From: Centroscyllium fabricii
Taxonomy: Eukaryota
Direction: 5' to 3'
Length of the DNA: 64,000 nt
NCBI GenBank assembly: GCA_051313645.2
Contig: JBNRSN020000008.1
Location: 68,200,001-68,264,000, forward strand
Part shown: one piece after another, positions 35,969 through 48,200 of the stretch
Layout: every line of letters begins with the position of its first letter
Position numbering within the stretch: the first letter of the stretch is position 1
Notes under the pieces: model-generated
Database searches by the model: none
Told to the model about the DNA's origin: nothing
The model's input: the letters and a program-made list of their open reading frames with translations, nothing else
Translations under genes and position numbers: made by a program

Positions 35969-38022
35969 GGGCCAGAATTTCAGGTGTCCACGGGTGAGTA
36001 CGCGCTGGGTACTCACGCATAGGCCCAACGAAAGTGCTGGTTTCGTGCATGCACTGCGCATGAGCGGGAAACCGGAACTTCCGTTCCCTAAAAGGAAGGG
36101 GTTCACAGGTCGATCGTGTGCGCCGGAGAGGCAGCACGTACGCCTGGAACTTCCACTTTTTTTCCAGGTTTCTCCGGACGGGTAAGTCTCCAGCCGCTAC
36201 GCTTTTAAAAAGCAGTCGCAAGGCCTGCTTTTAACAAGGTAAGTGGTGAATTAAGTAAAATTAAAACATTTTTTCCACAGGTTTGTTATTTTTAAATACT
36301 TTAAAGAAAGGTAAGTTTATTTTTAGCCCTGTTCAAAACTGTAATAAAATTTTTTTTTAATTTAAATTATTGGGCCAGAAATTCGGGTTTGCCGGTTGGA
36401 GGGCAACTAGGACCATGCGGAGCACTTAAGAAGCCCACCAACATCGGACTTTTTTTATGCTCTGAATTTCCGATTGGCTCCACCCCCTTCGTTCGCAACG
36501 TGGCAGTCCAGCCACGCTAGGTGCGCAGTGTATGCCCCGCCCACAGATCCCAAATTTAAATAAAAAACGCCCCCAGATCCCTAATTTAAATTTAAAAATG
36601 CGCACAGATCCCGAGTCGGACCTTTGTGAGAGCAGGGAAGTGCGGAGCTGCACTCACAGACTCGGTGGGGAGCAGCGCGGGCACATCAGCTGCTCAGAGG
36701 AAGAAACGCTAGGTAAGTCTGCCATTTTTTCTCTTAGATTTTTTATTATAGCTAGATAGTTAAAAATTTCAGAAATTTAACTTTAAAAATTAGTGATTTG
36801 AAACAGGTAAATTAACTTAAAATCGGATTTGTAAAATTAAAAAAAAAACTTTAACTTAAAAATTTAACGCTACTGATCTGGCCACATTACTCCCCAAAAC
36901 TGTTAAAACTTAAAATTAAAGGTAAAAAAGTAACTTACCTTGTTTAAGAACGTTTCTCTCTACCTCACCCACGAGTTACTCCAGCTTTTTTCATGTGCAT
37001 CTGAGGGCTCCGTTGCCCACAGAATCAAAGAAAAAAAAGCACCCTTTTGGAGCCCAATTTCTGGGTGCAACTCACTCGTGCGTTTGATGCTGAGGGCCCT
37101 TCTCCCTCAGCATCGGAAATCTCAGATCCGTGGGCATCTCGGATCCGTGGCCATTTTTCGTGGGCATCTCCGTGGGCATCTGCTTTAGGCATCGGAATTT
37201 CTGGCCCAATGTTTAAAATAGTTATTTTATGTAATTTATAGTTATTTTGAAAATGTGATTTAAAAAAAAAAATATTTGAAGTTTTAGTTATGTTTTGGGG
37301 CCGAACTCTATTCATAAATTTGACAGGTCTTCCTGCCAATAATGGTCTAGAAATTCGGGTTGGGGGCTTCCCACGGGTGCAAGCCTCCGACCTGCACTTA
37401 CCTAGCGCGCCAGCCGTTGTGCTGTGGGCCCGCGTGGAATTTCAATCCTGGGCCTGCCCCAACTGCCGGTGCACAGTGCTTGCGTACCCCAGGGGTGCAG
37501 TTAGTTCGAAGCGTCCCCTGGGATCACGTGGGACATGGCGAGCCAATTGTAGCAGGGAATCTCTATTCATAGATTTGACAGGAAGACCGGTTAAATCTAT
37601 GAATAGAGTTCAGCCCCAAAACATAACTAAAACTTCAAATACATTTTTTTAAAATCACGTTTGTAAAATAACTATAAATTACATAAAATAACTATTTTAA
37701 ACAATAATTTAAATTTAAAAAAAATTTAATTACAGTTTTTAACAGGGCAAAAAATAAACTTAGGCCTTGCAACTGCATTTTAAAAGCGTAGCTGCTGGAG
37801 ACTTACCCTTCCGGAGAAACCTGCAAAAAAAGCGGATGTTCCAGATGGACACATTGCCTTTCCGGCACGCGCGTTCGACCTGTGAACACCTTCCTTTATG
37901 GGAACGGAAGTTCCGGTTTCCCGCGCTTGCGCAGTGCATGCACGAATCCGGCACTTTCGTTGGACCTACGCGTGAGTGAGTACCCAGCATGTACTCACCT
38001 GTGGGGACCCAAATATCTGGTT
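35969..38022. mobile_element. Foldback Harbinger-type element with long inverted arms and nested inserts
   Basis: 35969-36370 plus 37208-37330 mirror 37580-38020; gggccagaattt terminus. Confidence 0.8.
36372..37207. mobile_element. Nested Harbinger MITE (2465 family)
   Basis: TIRs gggccagaaattc / gaatttctggccc. ATT/AAT duplication inferred from the empty site on the mirror arm. Confidence 0.85.
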
Positions 38023-38379
38023 GAAAAGAATATAGTTCCTTGTCAAAATAAAATGAAGAAACATTCAATTTTGTAGATTCATTACGATTGATCTTTGTTA
38101 ATCCTTTATCCTTGTAATTAACATTTCCTTGTTTAACTAATATTTCTAATGGATTGTGTTACTTGTTTAAATTCTTAATCTACGTGATTAATCTCCCTAA
38201 AACTAAAAGTAACCTCAATAAATTGCGCTTATTATTTTTCTTCAAGCAAATGTTGAAGGTAAAATTTCTCCTGTCAATTTTAGCAATAAAGGTAGCATGA
38301 CAGGAAATTCTGATTTGTCCTCATGCCGAAATTTCCACTGAAATTATCGGCAGGAGGAATTTCACCCCCTTTGGATTAT

Positions 38380-38772
38380 ATTTTCAAACTGTTTGCCCCC
38401 CTGCTATCTAGGAGGCGCTACAGATGTATTCGAGACCGGACGACCAGACTCAGGAACAGTTTCTTCCCGAGGGCTGTTATCCAGCTGAACTCTATCACTC
38501 AACACCAAATCTGTCTACCATCGGCACCTCCACCCGCACTTCCTGCATTAACAGCCCTTTTTCCCCCCAGCACTTGCTCATCTACTCTTTGAAATGCGAT
38601 TTGCACTCTTTATTCATTTATGTTTTTATTTATTATTTATCCATAACTCCATAATTTATTACTTAACGTCTGCTATGTCATGTCCTGGGAGCTTGCGAGC
38701 TCACTTTTCGTTGCACTGTGATTATAGACTGTGCAATGACAATAAAATTGAATTGAATTGAATTGAATTGAA
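38380..38772 (+). mobile_element. 3' end of a Rex1/Babar LINE
   Basis: RRYRCIRDRTTRLRNSFFPRAV and an (ATTGA)n tail. Confidence 0.8.
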
Positions 38773-39635
38773 TAATGACAATTTACCGAGGCTGAGAGGG
38801 TAACTGCTTCCAATTACTTACTGCTAGTGGGACATTAAGCTATCTGGTTGGATGTTGGTTGAAATCATTCCGATTTACTGCTTTGAGCAGAAATTGTGCA
38901 ACTGAGTGAGGCTTATGCTGGTGGCAGTAATGTTCAAAGAATTATGACCAAGCTGAAAACTGATTTAACACCATGTTTCAATGAGATGGAATTATTTGTA
39001 CCAGTTAATCAGTATAAAAAGTTGCAGTATATTTTTCTGGAAAGGAAATCTATCTTCCGAGCCAAATAGGGTCATAAAAGGATTGGTCCAACGTCGTAAA
39101 GAAAGGAGCCATAATTTTGGTGTTAATCAAAGAAGAAATGGTTAAAAGTCAAATTTTCATTGATAACTTCACTTGTCTAACAAAGTTACAGAAGCATGCA
39201 GTTTTGAAAAGGGTGTTTCTTGGAGAATGGAATTTCATAGGAGATGGATTTGGGGAGACAGCCAATTATGATGTACCCTGTACCAGCAATAATGATCCTT
39301 TAACACTACTCAAGACAATAATGATCTACTTAAATCGTATAAATGTTGAAACTATCATTGATGTAATTGTAGAAATACCACAAAGACAAGTCGTATTTAG
39401 TGACTAAGTTCTGCATGTTCATGTAAGGTAAGAATGCAATTACATTTTTGGTGTGGCAATACAGACAATGTGCATGCATGGCAAACTACAAAACTAGCAC
39501 CGAGCTGCTAAGTTTAAAAAATACCCTGAATATAAGCCTATGACATCTGAATAAGTAATTACACTGAAAGTGCAGTGGGATATGGACTTATAACTTAAGC
39601 AATAGGTGTTCCTTTATATTTGAAGGGGGAGAAAT

Positions 39636-40362
39636 CAGCTTCTTCCCCAGGGCTGTCAGTCTCCTGAACTCTAACAAAACACTCCAGTATCTGCACACCT
39701 GAAAATGTACTTTATTGTATGAAATTGTATGTAACTTATTTGCACTACTCTCGGGGGCGGCGAGTCTTCGTTTCGTTGTACAGGTTGTGCACCATTAATC
39801 CGCCACGGGCGGGACCAGGCCCGTGCCGGGAAACAGAAAAAAACGGGAGTACGAGGTTGGACACTGCGCATGCGCACCATTCAAAATGGCCGTGCGCATG
39901 CGCACAACATTGCGATTGGCTGGCGCGCGCATGCGCAGATCGGGCACAGGTCCGCGTTCCCTCTCCATCGCCTTTCGGGTTGCTGCTGCCGCCGAGCCGG
40001 ACTCAGGCTGACAGCTGTTGCCTAGTGACTGTCCGCCTCAGTCACGGGGCTCAGCTGTCGGGAAAATAACCGGTGGGGGTATTGAATTATCTGCGCATGC
40101 GCTAACCGTCTGGCGACGCATGCGCAGATCATTCAAAACACCCGCAGCTGTTTTGAATGATCTGCGCATGCGCTTGGCGCATGCGCAGATCATTCGCTGA
40201 AGCCACGATGGCGGCGGCCATCTTGCGCATGCGCAGTGCAGTCGGGGCAATTTGTGCCGGCAGACTGAAGCTGCCGGCTATTCGGGACACGGATTTTCGG
40301 TGCACAACCTGTATTGTACTCTGCAATGACAATTAAATTTGAATTGAATTGAATTGAATTGA
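39636..40362 (+). mobile_element. Rex1/Babar 3' remnant split by a MITE
   Basis: SFFPRAVSLLNS*, shared 3' UTR and an (ATTGA)n tail. Confidence 0.75.
39781..40311. mobile_element. TA-targeting (Tc1/mariner/pogo-type) MITE
   Basis: TIRs caggttgtgcacc / ggtgcacaacctg with TA duplication. The host repeat is contiguous when the insert is removed. Confidence 0.9.
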
Positions 40363-40635
40363 AAGGATGAAGGGTGATACAAGTGTTAGAAACATAGAAA
40401 CATAGAAACATAGAAACTAGGAGCAGGAGTAGGCCATTCGGCCCTTCGAGACTGCTCCGCCATTCAATGAGATCATGGCTGATCATCCAAACCCAGTAAC
40501 CCGCCCCTGCCCTCTCCCCATATCGCTCGATCCCCATCGAGCCTGCATCGACACATAGCCCACCCTATCCCCGTAACCCCACACATTCAATCCCCCTAAC
40601 ACTAAGGGTCAATTTATCATGGCCAATCAACCTAA

Positions 40636-43600
40636 TGTAGTGCATGCAGGCCTGAAGAACCACGCGGGAGCCAGTAAGACAGAAAACACTCGTTTATTAC
40701 ATTACAGGGGCCAGGTAGGAAAGAGACTGAACCACCTGGAGCAGGCTTATTTAAAGAGCCCGCGGTTGGTGATCTCATCACGCCGGAAGTCGTGGTGACG
40801 TCACCGCGTCACCCGATGGGCGGGGCCGTGCCCCGCGGTACTCCCGAGGCGGATTCGATGCCTTTGGTGGGCGTGTCGCCACACAGCTCCCCCCCAGAAT
40901 CTGTGAGGGAGAATAAATTGAAAATAAAAAAGAGGGAGAATAAAGTGAAAATAAAAAATGAGTCTCATGTGAGGCGTTGAGGTGGCCGGATGATGCGGCC
41001 GGCACGTGTCGTGCGCTGCTCCTTGTTCTGCGGTGGAGTGTGGCCGGGTTTTGGTGCGGGAGGGCGTCCGCGTTTTGGTGGCTGCGCGGGGACTGTTGTC
41101 TCACCCGCTGTTACGTGTGCCGGTTTCAGCCGGTCTATCGAGACGGTTTCAGTTCTGTTGCCCATTTTGAGTTCGAAAGCCTTAGCTCCCGCCCAAAGCA
41201 CCCTGTACGGTCCATCATACGTTGGCTGTACTGGCGTTCGATGTGCGTCGTGGCGGACAAACACATTATTGGCGTTCTTAATGCCGTCCGGTACACGTGC
41301 TGCCGGCTCTCCGTGCCGGGCCACCGGTAGTGGTTTGAACGCTCGTGCCTGGTTGTTGAAGTCTTTGAGGCACTGGTCAGCTGACCAGGGAGCGTTAGGT
41401 TCTGCGAGGAACTCGCCTGTTACGGTTAGGGGTTGGCCGTAGACGAGTTCTGCCGCTGAGGCGTGCAGGTCTTCTTTGGCCGCTGAGCGCAGGCCGAGCA
41501 TTACCCAGGGCAGGCGGTCGGTCCAAGTTGCGTCCTTTAGACTAGCCAGCAGGGAAGCTTTGATGGAGCGGTGGAACCGTTCGCAGAGTCCATTGGCCTG
41601 TGGGTGGTAAGCGGTGGTTCGGTGTAGGGTTATCCCAAGGTCGCGGACGATGGTCGCCCATAGTGTCGACGTGAATTGGGGGCCTCTATCTGACGTGATG
41701 TCGGTGGGTACGCCGAAACGCGCGACCCAGGTGGCGATGAAAGCCCTGGCCAGGTCCGTGGTGCTGGTAGCGACGAGTGGGACTGCTTCTGGCCAGCGAG
41801 TGCTGCGGTCGACCATGGTCATGACGTGTGTGTGTCCCCGTGATGGCGGCAGTGGTCCGACCAGGTCGATGTGGACGTGGTCGAAGCGTCTAGCTGGTAT
41901 GGTGAACGTTTCCAGCGGTGCCTTGATGTGTTTGTGCACCATGGCGCGCTGGCAGGCAGTGCAGGCGTTGGTCCAGGCGCGGACATCCTTGCGCAGGCCG
42001 CGCCAGACGAAACGTGCCGAAATCAGCTTGGTGGATGCGCGGGTGCCAGGGTGGGACAGGCCATGAATGGTCTGGAAGATGTGTCGCCTCCATGCTTGGG
42101 GGACGACGGGTCTGGGCTGCGGGAGGGAGATGTCGCAGCAGACCGCGGTGGCTGTGGGCCCGTGTGCTACGCTGGCCAAGTGCAGGCCGTGGAGGTTGGT
42201 AGCTAGGTCGAGCAGGTCAGGGTCGGTTAGTTGGTCGGTTGCCAGTTTGGCGGAGTCGACCGCCGTTTGTACGGCGTTGATGGTGGGGCGTGACAGGCAG
42301 TCAGCGACCACGTTGTCGCGGCCGGCGATGTGCTGTATGTCGGAGGTAAATTCCGACACGGCCGTGAGCTGGCACTGCTGCCTGGCCGACCAGGGTTCGG
42401 CGATCTTAGCCATTGCGGACACAAGCGGCTTGTGATCAATGAAGGCTGTAAAATGGCGGCCCTCTAAGAGGAAGCGGAAGTGGCGCACTGCGAGGTAGAG
42501 AGCGAGTTGCTGCCTATCGAAGGCGCTATACTTGACCTCTGGGGGCTGAAGTTGCCGGCTGAAAAAGGCCAGGGCTTGCCAGGAGTTGCCGGTCCACTGC
42601 TCGTAGACCGCTCCGACAGCGTGGTCGGAGGCGTCGGTGGTGAGGGCCACTCTGGCGTTGGGCCTAGGGTGGGCTAGGAGCGTGGCGTTGGCCAGGGCGG
42701 TTTTGGTTGCGGTGAAGGCGGTGGTGGCTTCGGCCGTCCACTCGACTGCAGTTTTGTTGGACTGCCCGTGAGTGGCCTGGTAAAGGGGTGCCATGAGAGC
42801 GGCTGCTCCTGGGATGAAGCGGTTATAAAAATTAACCATCCCGAGGAATTCCTGCAGCCCCTTGATGGAGTGCGGGCGGGGTAATTCCTGGACCGCCTGA
42901 ACCTTGGAGGGCAGGGTTATGGCTCCGGTTTGGGAAATGCGGTGGCCGAGGAAGTCGATCGTCTCGAGGCCAAACTGACATTTTGAGGGGCTTAATATGA
43001 GGCCGTGTTCGACCAGGCGTTGGAACAGGGTCCTGAGATGGAGGAGGTGTTCTTTGGGGGAGGTGCTGGCCACGAGGATGTCATCTAGGTAGACGAACAT
43101 GAACTGCAAGTCCCGTAGGACTGAGTCCATGAGGCGTTGGAAGGCCTGGGCCGCGTTTTTCAGTCCGAAGGGCATTCGGAGAAATTCGAATAGTCCGAAT
43201 GGGGTGATGACGGCTGTCTTAGGGACATCCGCCGGGTGCACTGGTACCTGGTGGTAGCCCCGTACCAGGTTGATCTTGGAAAAGATCGTGCAGCCCGCTA
43301 ACCTTGCTGAGAAATCTTGGATGTGGGGGACGGGGTACCTGTCTGGGGTGGTGGCGTTGTTGAGGCGGCGGTAGTCTCCGCAGGGGCACCAACCACCGCC
43401 CGGCTTGGGGGCGATGTGGAGGGGGGAGGCCCAGGGGCTGTTGGAGCGGCGGATTATGCCGAGTTGTTCCATGGTGCGGAACTCGGTACGCGTGATCTCC
43501 AGTTTGGCCGGGTCCAGCCTGCGGGCATGGGCATGGACGGGGGGCCGGTGGTGGTGATGAAATGCTCCACCCCGTGTTTGGCCGTGCGGGCTTTGAAGGT

Positions 43601-45071
43601 GGGGTTGGTGAGGGCTGGGAACTCCGCGAGGAGCGTGCCGTACGTGTCGGAGTTCCGGGCTCGGAAGTGTGCCGCTGCGTGGGCCTGGCGTGCCGGCCCT
43701 GTGGAGCATGGGATGGTCGACATGTTGTGGATGTCGACCAGTCGGCGCCGGGTCACGTCGACCAGGAGGCCGTGGGCGCAGAGGAAATCTGCCCCGAGGA
43801 GGGGTAGTTTGACCTGGGCGGTGATGAAGTCCCAATGGTACGTGTGGCCTGCTAGCTTGATGGTGAGCTTGCGGGTGCCGTACGTTTTTATTTCGGAGCC
43901 GTTTGCGGCTTCGAGTGGCGTGCCCCGGGTGCCTTGTTTGGTTTCTGCGGGGGAGGCTGGCACGATGCTGTGCTGCGCGCCTGTGTCGCAGAGGAACCGG
44001 AGGCCTGTGCCGCTGTCTGTGACGTAGAGCAGTGCTCCAGTGTGGCCTACAGACATGGTGGGGCTTGAGCTGGGCTGGGGTTTGAAAGTGCAGGGCTGGA
44101 CGCAGCGTTGCGCTTTGGCTTCAAACCGGGTGTGGTAGTAGCACCAGCCGGTGCCCGATGTGCGCGGCTTTTTGCGGGGTCGCGTTGACCTGGGTTCAGG
44201 CTTGGGGTCGGACTTGGGGTGCGCGTGGCGGGGCTCCGATGCCGTGGCCAGCCGTTCTCCGCTGCAGTGGCAGAGGGCTGTCAGAGCTGGTCTGACGGAG
44301 GGGGGCATTTTGGAGGAGGAACAAGGTGCGCTTGATGGAGGCTGGGTCTGAGTTCAGCGCTTCCATTTGGGCCCAAAGGTCCGATGGGTCTGCGTCCCCG
44401 AGTTCGGGGAGGTTGATGAGCTGGCAGTCGCGCTCAAATTGGGAGGGGTGACTTTTTTAAGCAGCGCGGCCTTAAGGAATTCGTACCTGCCTGCTGCTGG
44501 TGCACGCTGTAACGTCGGCCACATCCGATCGACCGTGGTCTGTGGTAGGGCCGCGAAGAGCTGGTCGTAGCGATCATCCCCCTGGACGCCATGGATGTGG
44601 CAGCTGGTTTCGATGCAGAGGAACCAGGCCGCTGGGCGTAGCTCCCAGAACTCTGGTAGAGTTAATCTGTGGCCGGAGTTCTGGCCCAGTCTTTGAGGTC
44701 GCGCAGCTTGGCTTCCTGATGGCATGTTGGTTGGAAGTGGTCTGAGGCAGCTTGGCCCTCAGTCCTGCAGCAACTGCTTCATTTTTGTTCTCTTGGAAGA
44801 CGTTCCAAGTACGGGGTCACCACTGTAGTGCATGCAGGCCTGAAGAACCACGCGGGAGCCAGTAAGACAGAAAACACTCGTTTATTACATTACAGGGGCC
44901 AGGTAGGAAAGAGACTGAACCACCTGGAGCAGGCTTATTTAAAGAGCCCGCGGTTGGTGATCTCATCACGCCGGAAGTCGTGGTGACGTCACCGCGTCAC
45001 CCGATGGGCGGGGCTGTGCCCCGCAGTACTCCCGAGGTGGATTCGATGCCTTTGGTGGGCGTGTCGCCACA
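40636..45071 (-). mobile_element. Gypsy LTR retrotransposon E3, CsRn1-type
   Basis: 248-bp LTRs at 40636-40883 and 44824-45071 (3 differences by eye), TSD CTAA, PBS TGGTGACCCCG. Confidence 0.95.
40965..44725 (-). pseudogene. E3 gag-pol with frameshifts
   Basis: Gag, protease and RT-RNase H-integrase are split over three frames. Confidence 0.9.
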
Positions 45072-45242
45072 CTAACCCGCACATCTTTGGACTGTGGGAG
45101 GAAACCGGAGCACCCGGAGGAAACCCACGCAGACACGGGGAGAATGTGCAATCTCCACACAGATAGTACCCGAGGCTGGATTTGAACCCGGGTCTCTAGT
45201 GCCGTGAGATAACAGTGCTATCCACTGTGCCACCGTGCCGCC

Positions 45243-48200
45243 TGCGACCGAAATAACGACCTCGAGGACGAGTAGTTAGATAGAGAAACAATGCGGCTTT
45301 TATTCACTAAAAGGTGGGACATACACCAGCTAGTCTACTGTCCCCAGCTATGGCCGGGGGATGGGAGGCTGCCACTTATATACCCCCTCCAGGGAGGGAG
45401 GAGTCGTGGGCGGAGCCGACCTGGGCATGTCCCAGTAATCATATCACTATACAAGTACAGGTATTGGGTACGATTACATCTATACATGTAGATTAACTAT
45501 ATACATACAATACGATGATAAACAGGTTTATCTCATTCACCCCTTCTTTAAAACAAAAGTCCGGCGGAGTGAAAGGAAAAGTTCTTAATTCATAAATTAA
45601 GTCGCTCCGGCGGTCTGGTGATCCTTGTCGAGCATCGCACCGCTGGTGGTGTCCGTGGTCGCGGGTTGGCCGGCCGAGTCGGTTGCTGTGGTGGTGGTGG
45701 TGCCGGTTGGCGAGCGGTGGTCGTTGGTAGGTTTCTGGGTGGTGGTGCCCTTGTTCTGACAGCAGGGGGCACGCTCTCTCCTTCGTCCTCTGACTCTAGG
45801 GGGCGTGCGCTGTGGAGCCAAGCTGGGGGCCATGCCGTGCTGCTCGCAGGTGCCGTGTGGGCGTACTGGGGTACTGGGTCCACGTGCCGGGAGCGTACCT
45901 TGGCGCCGGTGGCTGGGGAGGCATGACTGGGCGTTTTGGGTGCGCGGGCTGCTGGGCGGGGCTTCTTGGGTGCTTGGGCTGCTGGGCGGGGCTGGGTTTG
46001 GGGACTCGCGCTGGCGCCAGGTCCTTTATGGACACGGTGTCCTCCCTTCCGTAGGGGTACGCCACGTAGGCGTACTGTCGATTGGCGTGCAGGAGGTTGA
46101 CCCGTTCGACCAGGAGATCTGCCTTGTGTCCCCTCACGTGCTTCCATAGTAGGACCGGTCCCAGGGATGGCAGCCACGATGGTAGAGAGGTCGCGGAAGC
46201 CGACTTCCTGGGGAAGGCAAAAAGTCGTTCGTGAGGGGTGGCATTAGTGGCGGTACACAGGAGGGACCGGATTGAGTGGAGCGCTTCGGGGAGGGCTTCC
46301 TGCCATCGGGAGACTGGGAGGCTTTTGGACCGTAGGGCTAACAGGATGGCCTTCCAGACAGTGGCGTTCTCCCTCTCTACCTGTCCGTTCCCCCGGGGGT
46401 TGTAGCTGGTAGTCCTGCTAGTCGCGATGCCTTTGGCTAGCAGAAACTGACGCAGCTCATCACTCATAAAGGACGCCCCCCGGTCACTATGAATGTAGTT
46501 GGGATAGCCGAACAGGGAGAAGATGCTATTGAGGGCTTTGATGACGGTGGCGGAGGTCATGTCCGGACAGGGGATGGCAAAGGGGAAGCGGGAGTACTCA
46601 TCAATCACGTTGAGGAAGTACACATTCCTGTTGGAGGAGGGAAGGGGCCCTTTGAAATCGACACTGAGTCGTTCAAAGGGGCGAGTGGCCTTAATCAAGT
46701 GCGCCCGGTCTGGCCAGTAGAAGTGCGGCTTGCACTCCGCGCAGACCTGGCAATTGCTGGTCAGGGTCTTGACTTCTTCGATTGAGATGGGGAGGTTGCG
46801 GGACTTCACAAAGTGAACCAACCTGGTGACCCCCGGGTGGCAGAGGTCATTGTGCAGGGTTTGGAGGTGGTCAGCCTGTGCGCTGGCACAGGTACCGCGG
46901 GATAGGGCGTCTGGGGGTTTGTTAAATTTCCCGGGCCGGTACAAGATATCATAGTTGAACGCAGAGAGTTCAATTCTCCACCTTAGTATCTTGTCGTTCT
47001 TTATTTACCCCGCTCTTTGTTGTTGAACATAAAAGCGACTGATCGTTGGTCAGTCAACAGGGTAAAACGCTTGCCAGCCAGGTAGTGCTTCCAGTGACGC
47101 ACTGCTTCAACGATGGCCTGGGCCTCCTTCTCGACTGAGGAGTGGCGGGTCTCGGGGCCTTGGAGGGTACGTGAGAAGAAGGCCACAGGTCTGCCCGCCT
47201 GGTTAAGCGTGGCGGTCAGGGCAAAGTCCGATGCATCGCTCTCAACCTGGAACGGGACGGACTCGTCCACAGCGTGCATCGTGGCTTTAGCAATATCGTT
47301 CTTAATGCCGCAGAACGCCGAGCTGGCTTCTGCGGACAGGGGAAAAGAGGTTGATTTAAGCAGTGGGCGAGCTTTGTCCGCGTAATTGGGGACCCACTGG
47401 GCATAATAAGCAAAGAATCCCAAGCACCGTTTAAGGGCCTTGGGGGAGTGGGGGAGGGGGAGCTCCATGAGGGGGCGCATGCGGTCCGGGTCGGGACCGA
47501 TGACCCCATTCTCCACAACACTGCCAAGGATGGCCAGGCGGGCGGTACTAAACACGCACATTTCGGTGTTATAAGTCAAATTAAGTGTTTTGGCGGTGTG
47601 GAGAAATTTCTGGAGGTTGGCGTCATGGTCCTGCTCATCGTGGCCGCAGATGGTCACGTTATCGAGGTACGGGAAAGTGGCTCGCAGCCCGTACCGATCG
47701 ACCATTCGGTCTATCTCCCTTTGGAAGACCGAGACCCCATTCGTGACGCCAAACGGGACCCTAAGAAAGTGATAGAGGCGACCGTCAGCCTCGAAGGCGG
47801 TATAGAGACGGTCCTCTGGGCGAATGGGAAGCTGGTGATAAGCTGACTTGAGATCGATGGTGGAGAACACCCTGAACTGTGCGATCTGGTTCACCATGTC
47901 CGCTATCCGGGGAAGGGGGTAGGCATCTAATTGGGTGAACCAGTTTATGGTCTGGCTGTAGTCCACAACCATCCGGTTCTTCGCTCCGGTTTTGACCACC
48001 ACTACCTGCGCCCTCCAGGGGCTATTACTGGCCTCGATGACCCCTTCTTTGAGGAGGCGCTGCACCTCGGACTTAATAAAGTCCATGTCCCCAGCACTGT
48101 AGCGCCTACTCTTGGTGGCGACGGGCTTGCAGTCTGGGGTGAGGTTGGTGAAGAGGGAGGGGGGGGCGACCTTAAGGGTCGAGAGGCCACAGGTAGTGTG

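Larger units (their letters stand above)
40387..45242 (-). mobile_element. HE1-like V-SINE split by E3 (pieces 40387-40635 and 45072-45242)
   Basis: A and B boxes plus V-domain in the right piece; CR1-type tail with (TTTCTATG)n in the left piece. Confidence 0.85.

Noticed and set aside
39117-39407. 96-aa ORF as a host exon, with a GTAAG donor nearby
   Set aside because: No ATG at the called start, no recognisable domain, and the stop precedes the donor.
45590-46177. env gene or chromodomain after the E5 integrase
   Set aside because: It is a Pro-rich integrase tail ending STRITRPPERL, with no signal peptide, transmembrane segment or chromodomain aromatic residues.
46944-47010. Programmed frameshift between the two E5 ORFs
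   Set aside because: The break lies inside RNase H (GK/IKNDKILRWRIEL) and is best explained by loss of one A in a short run.
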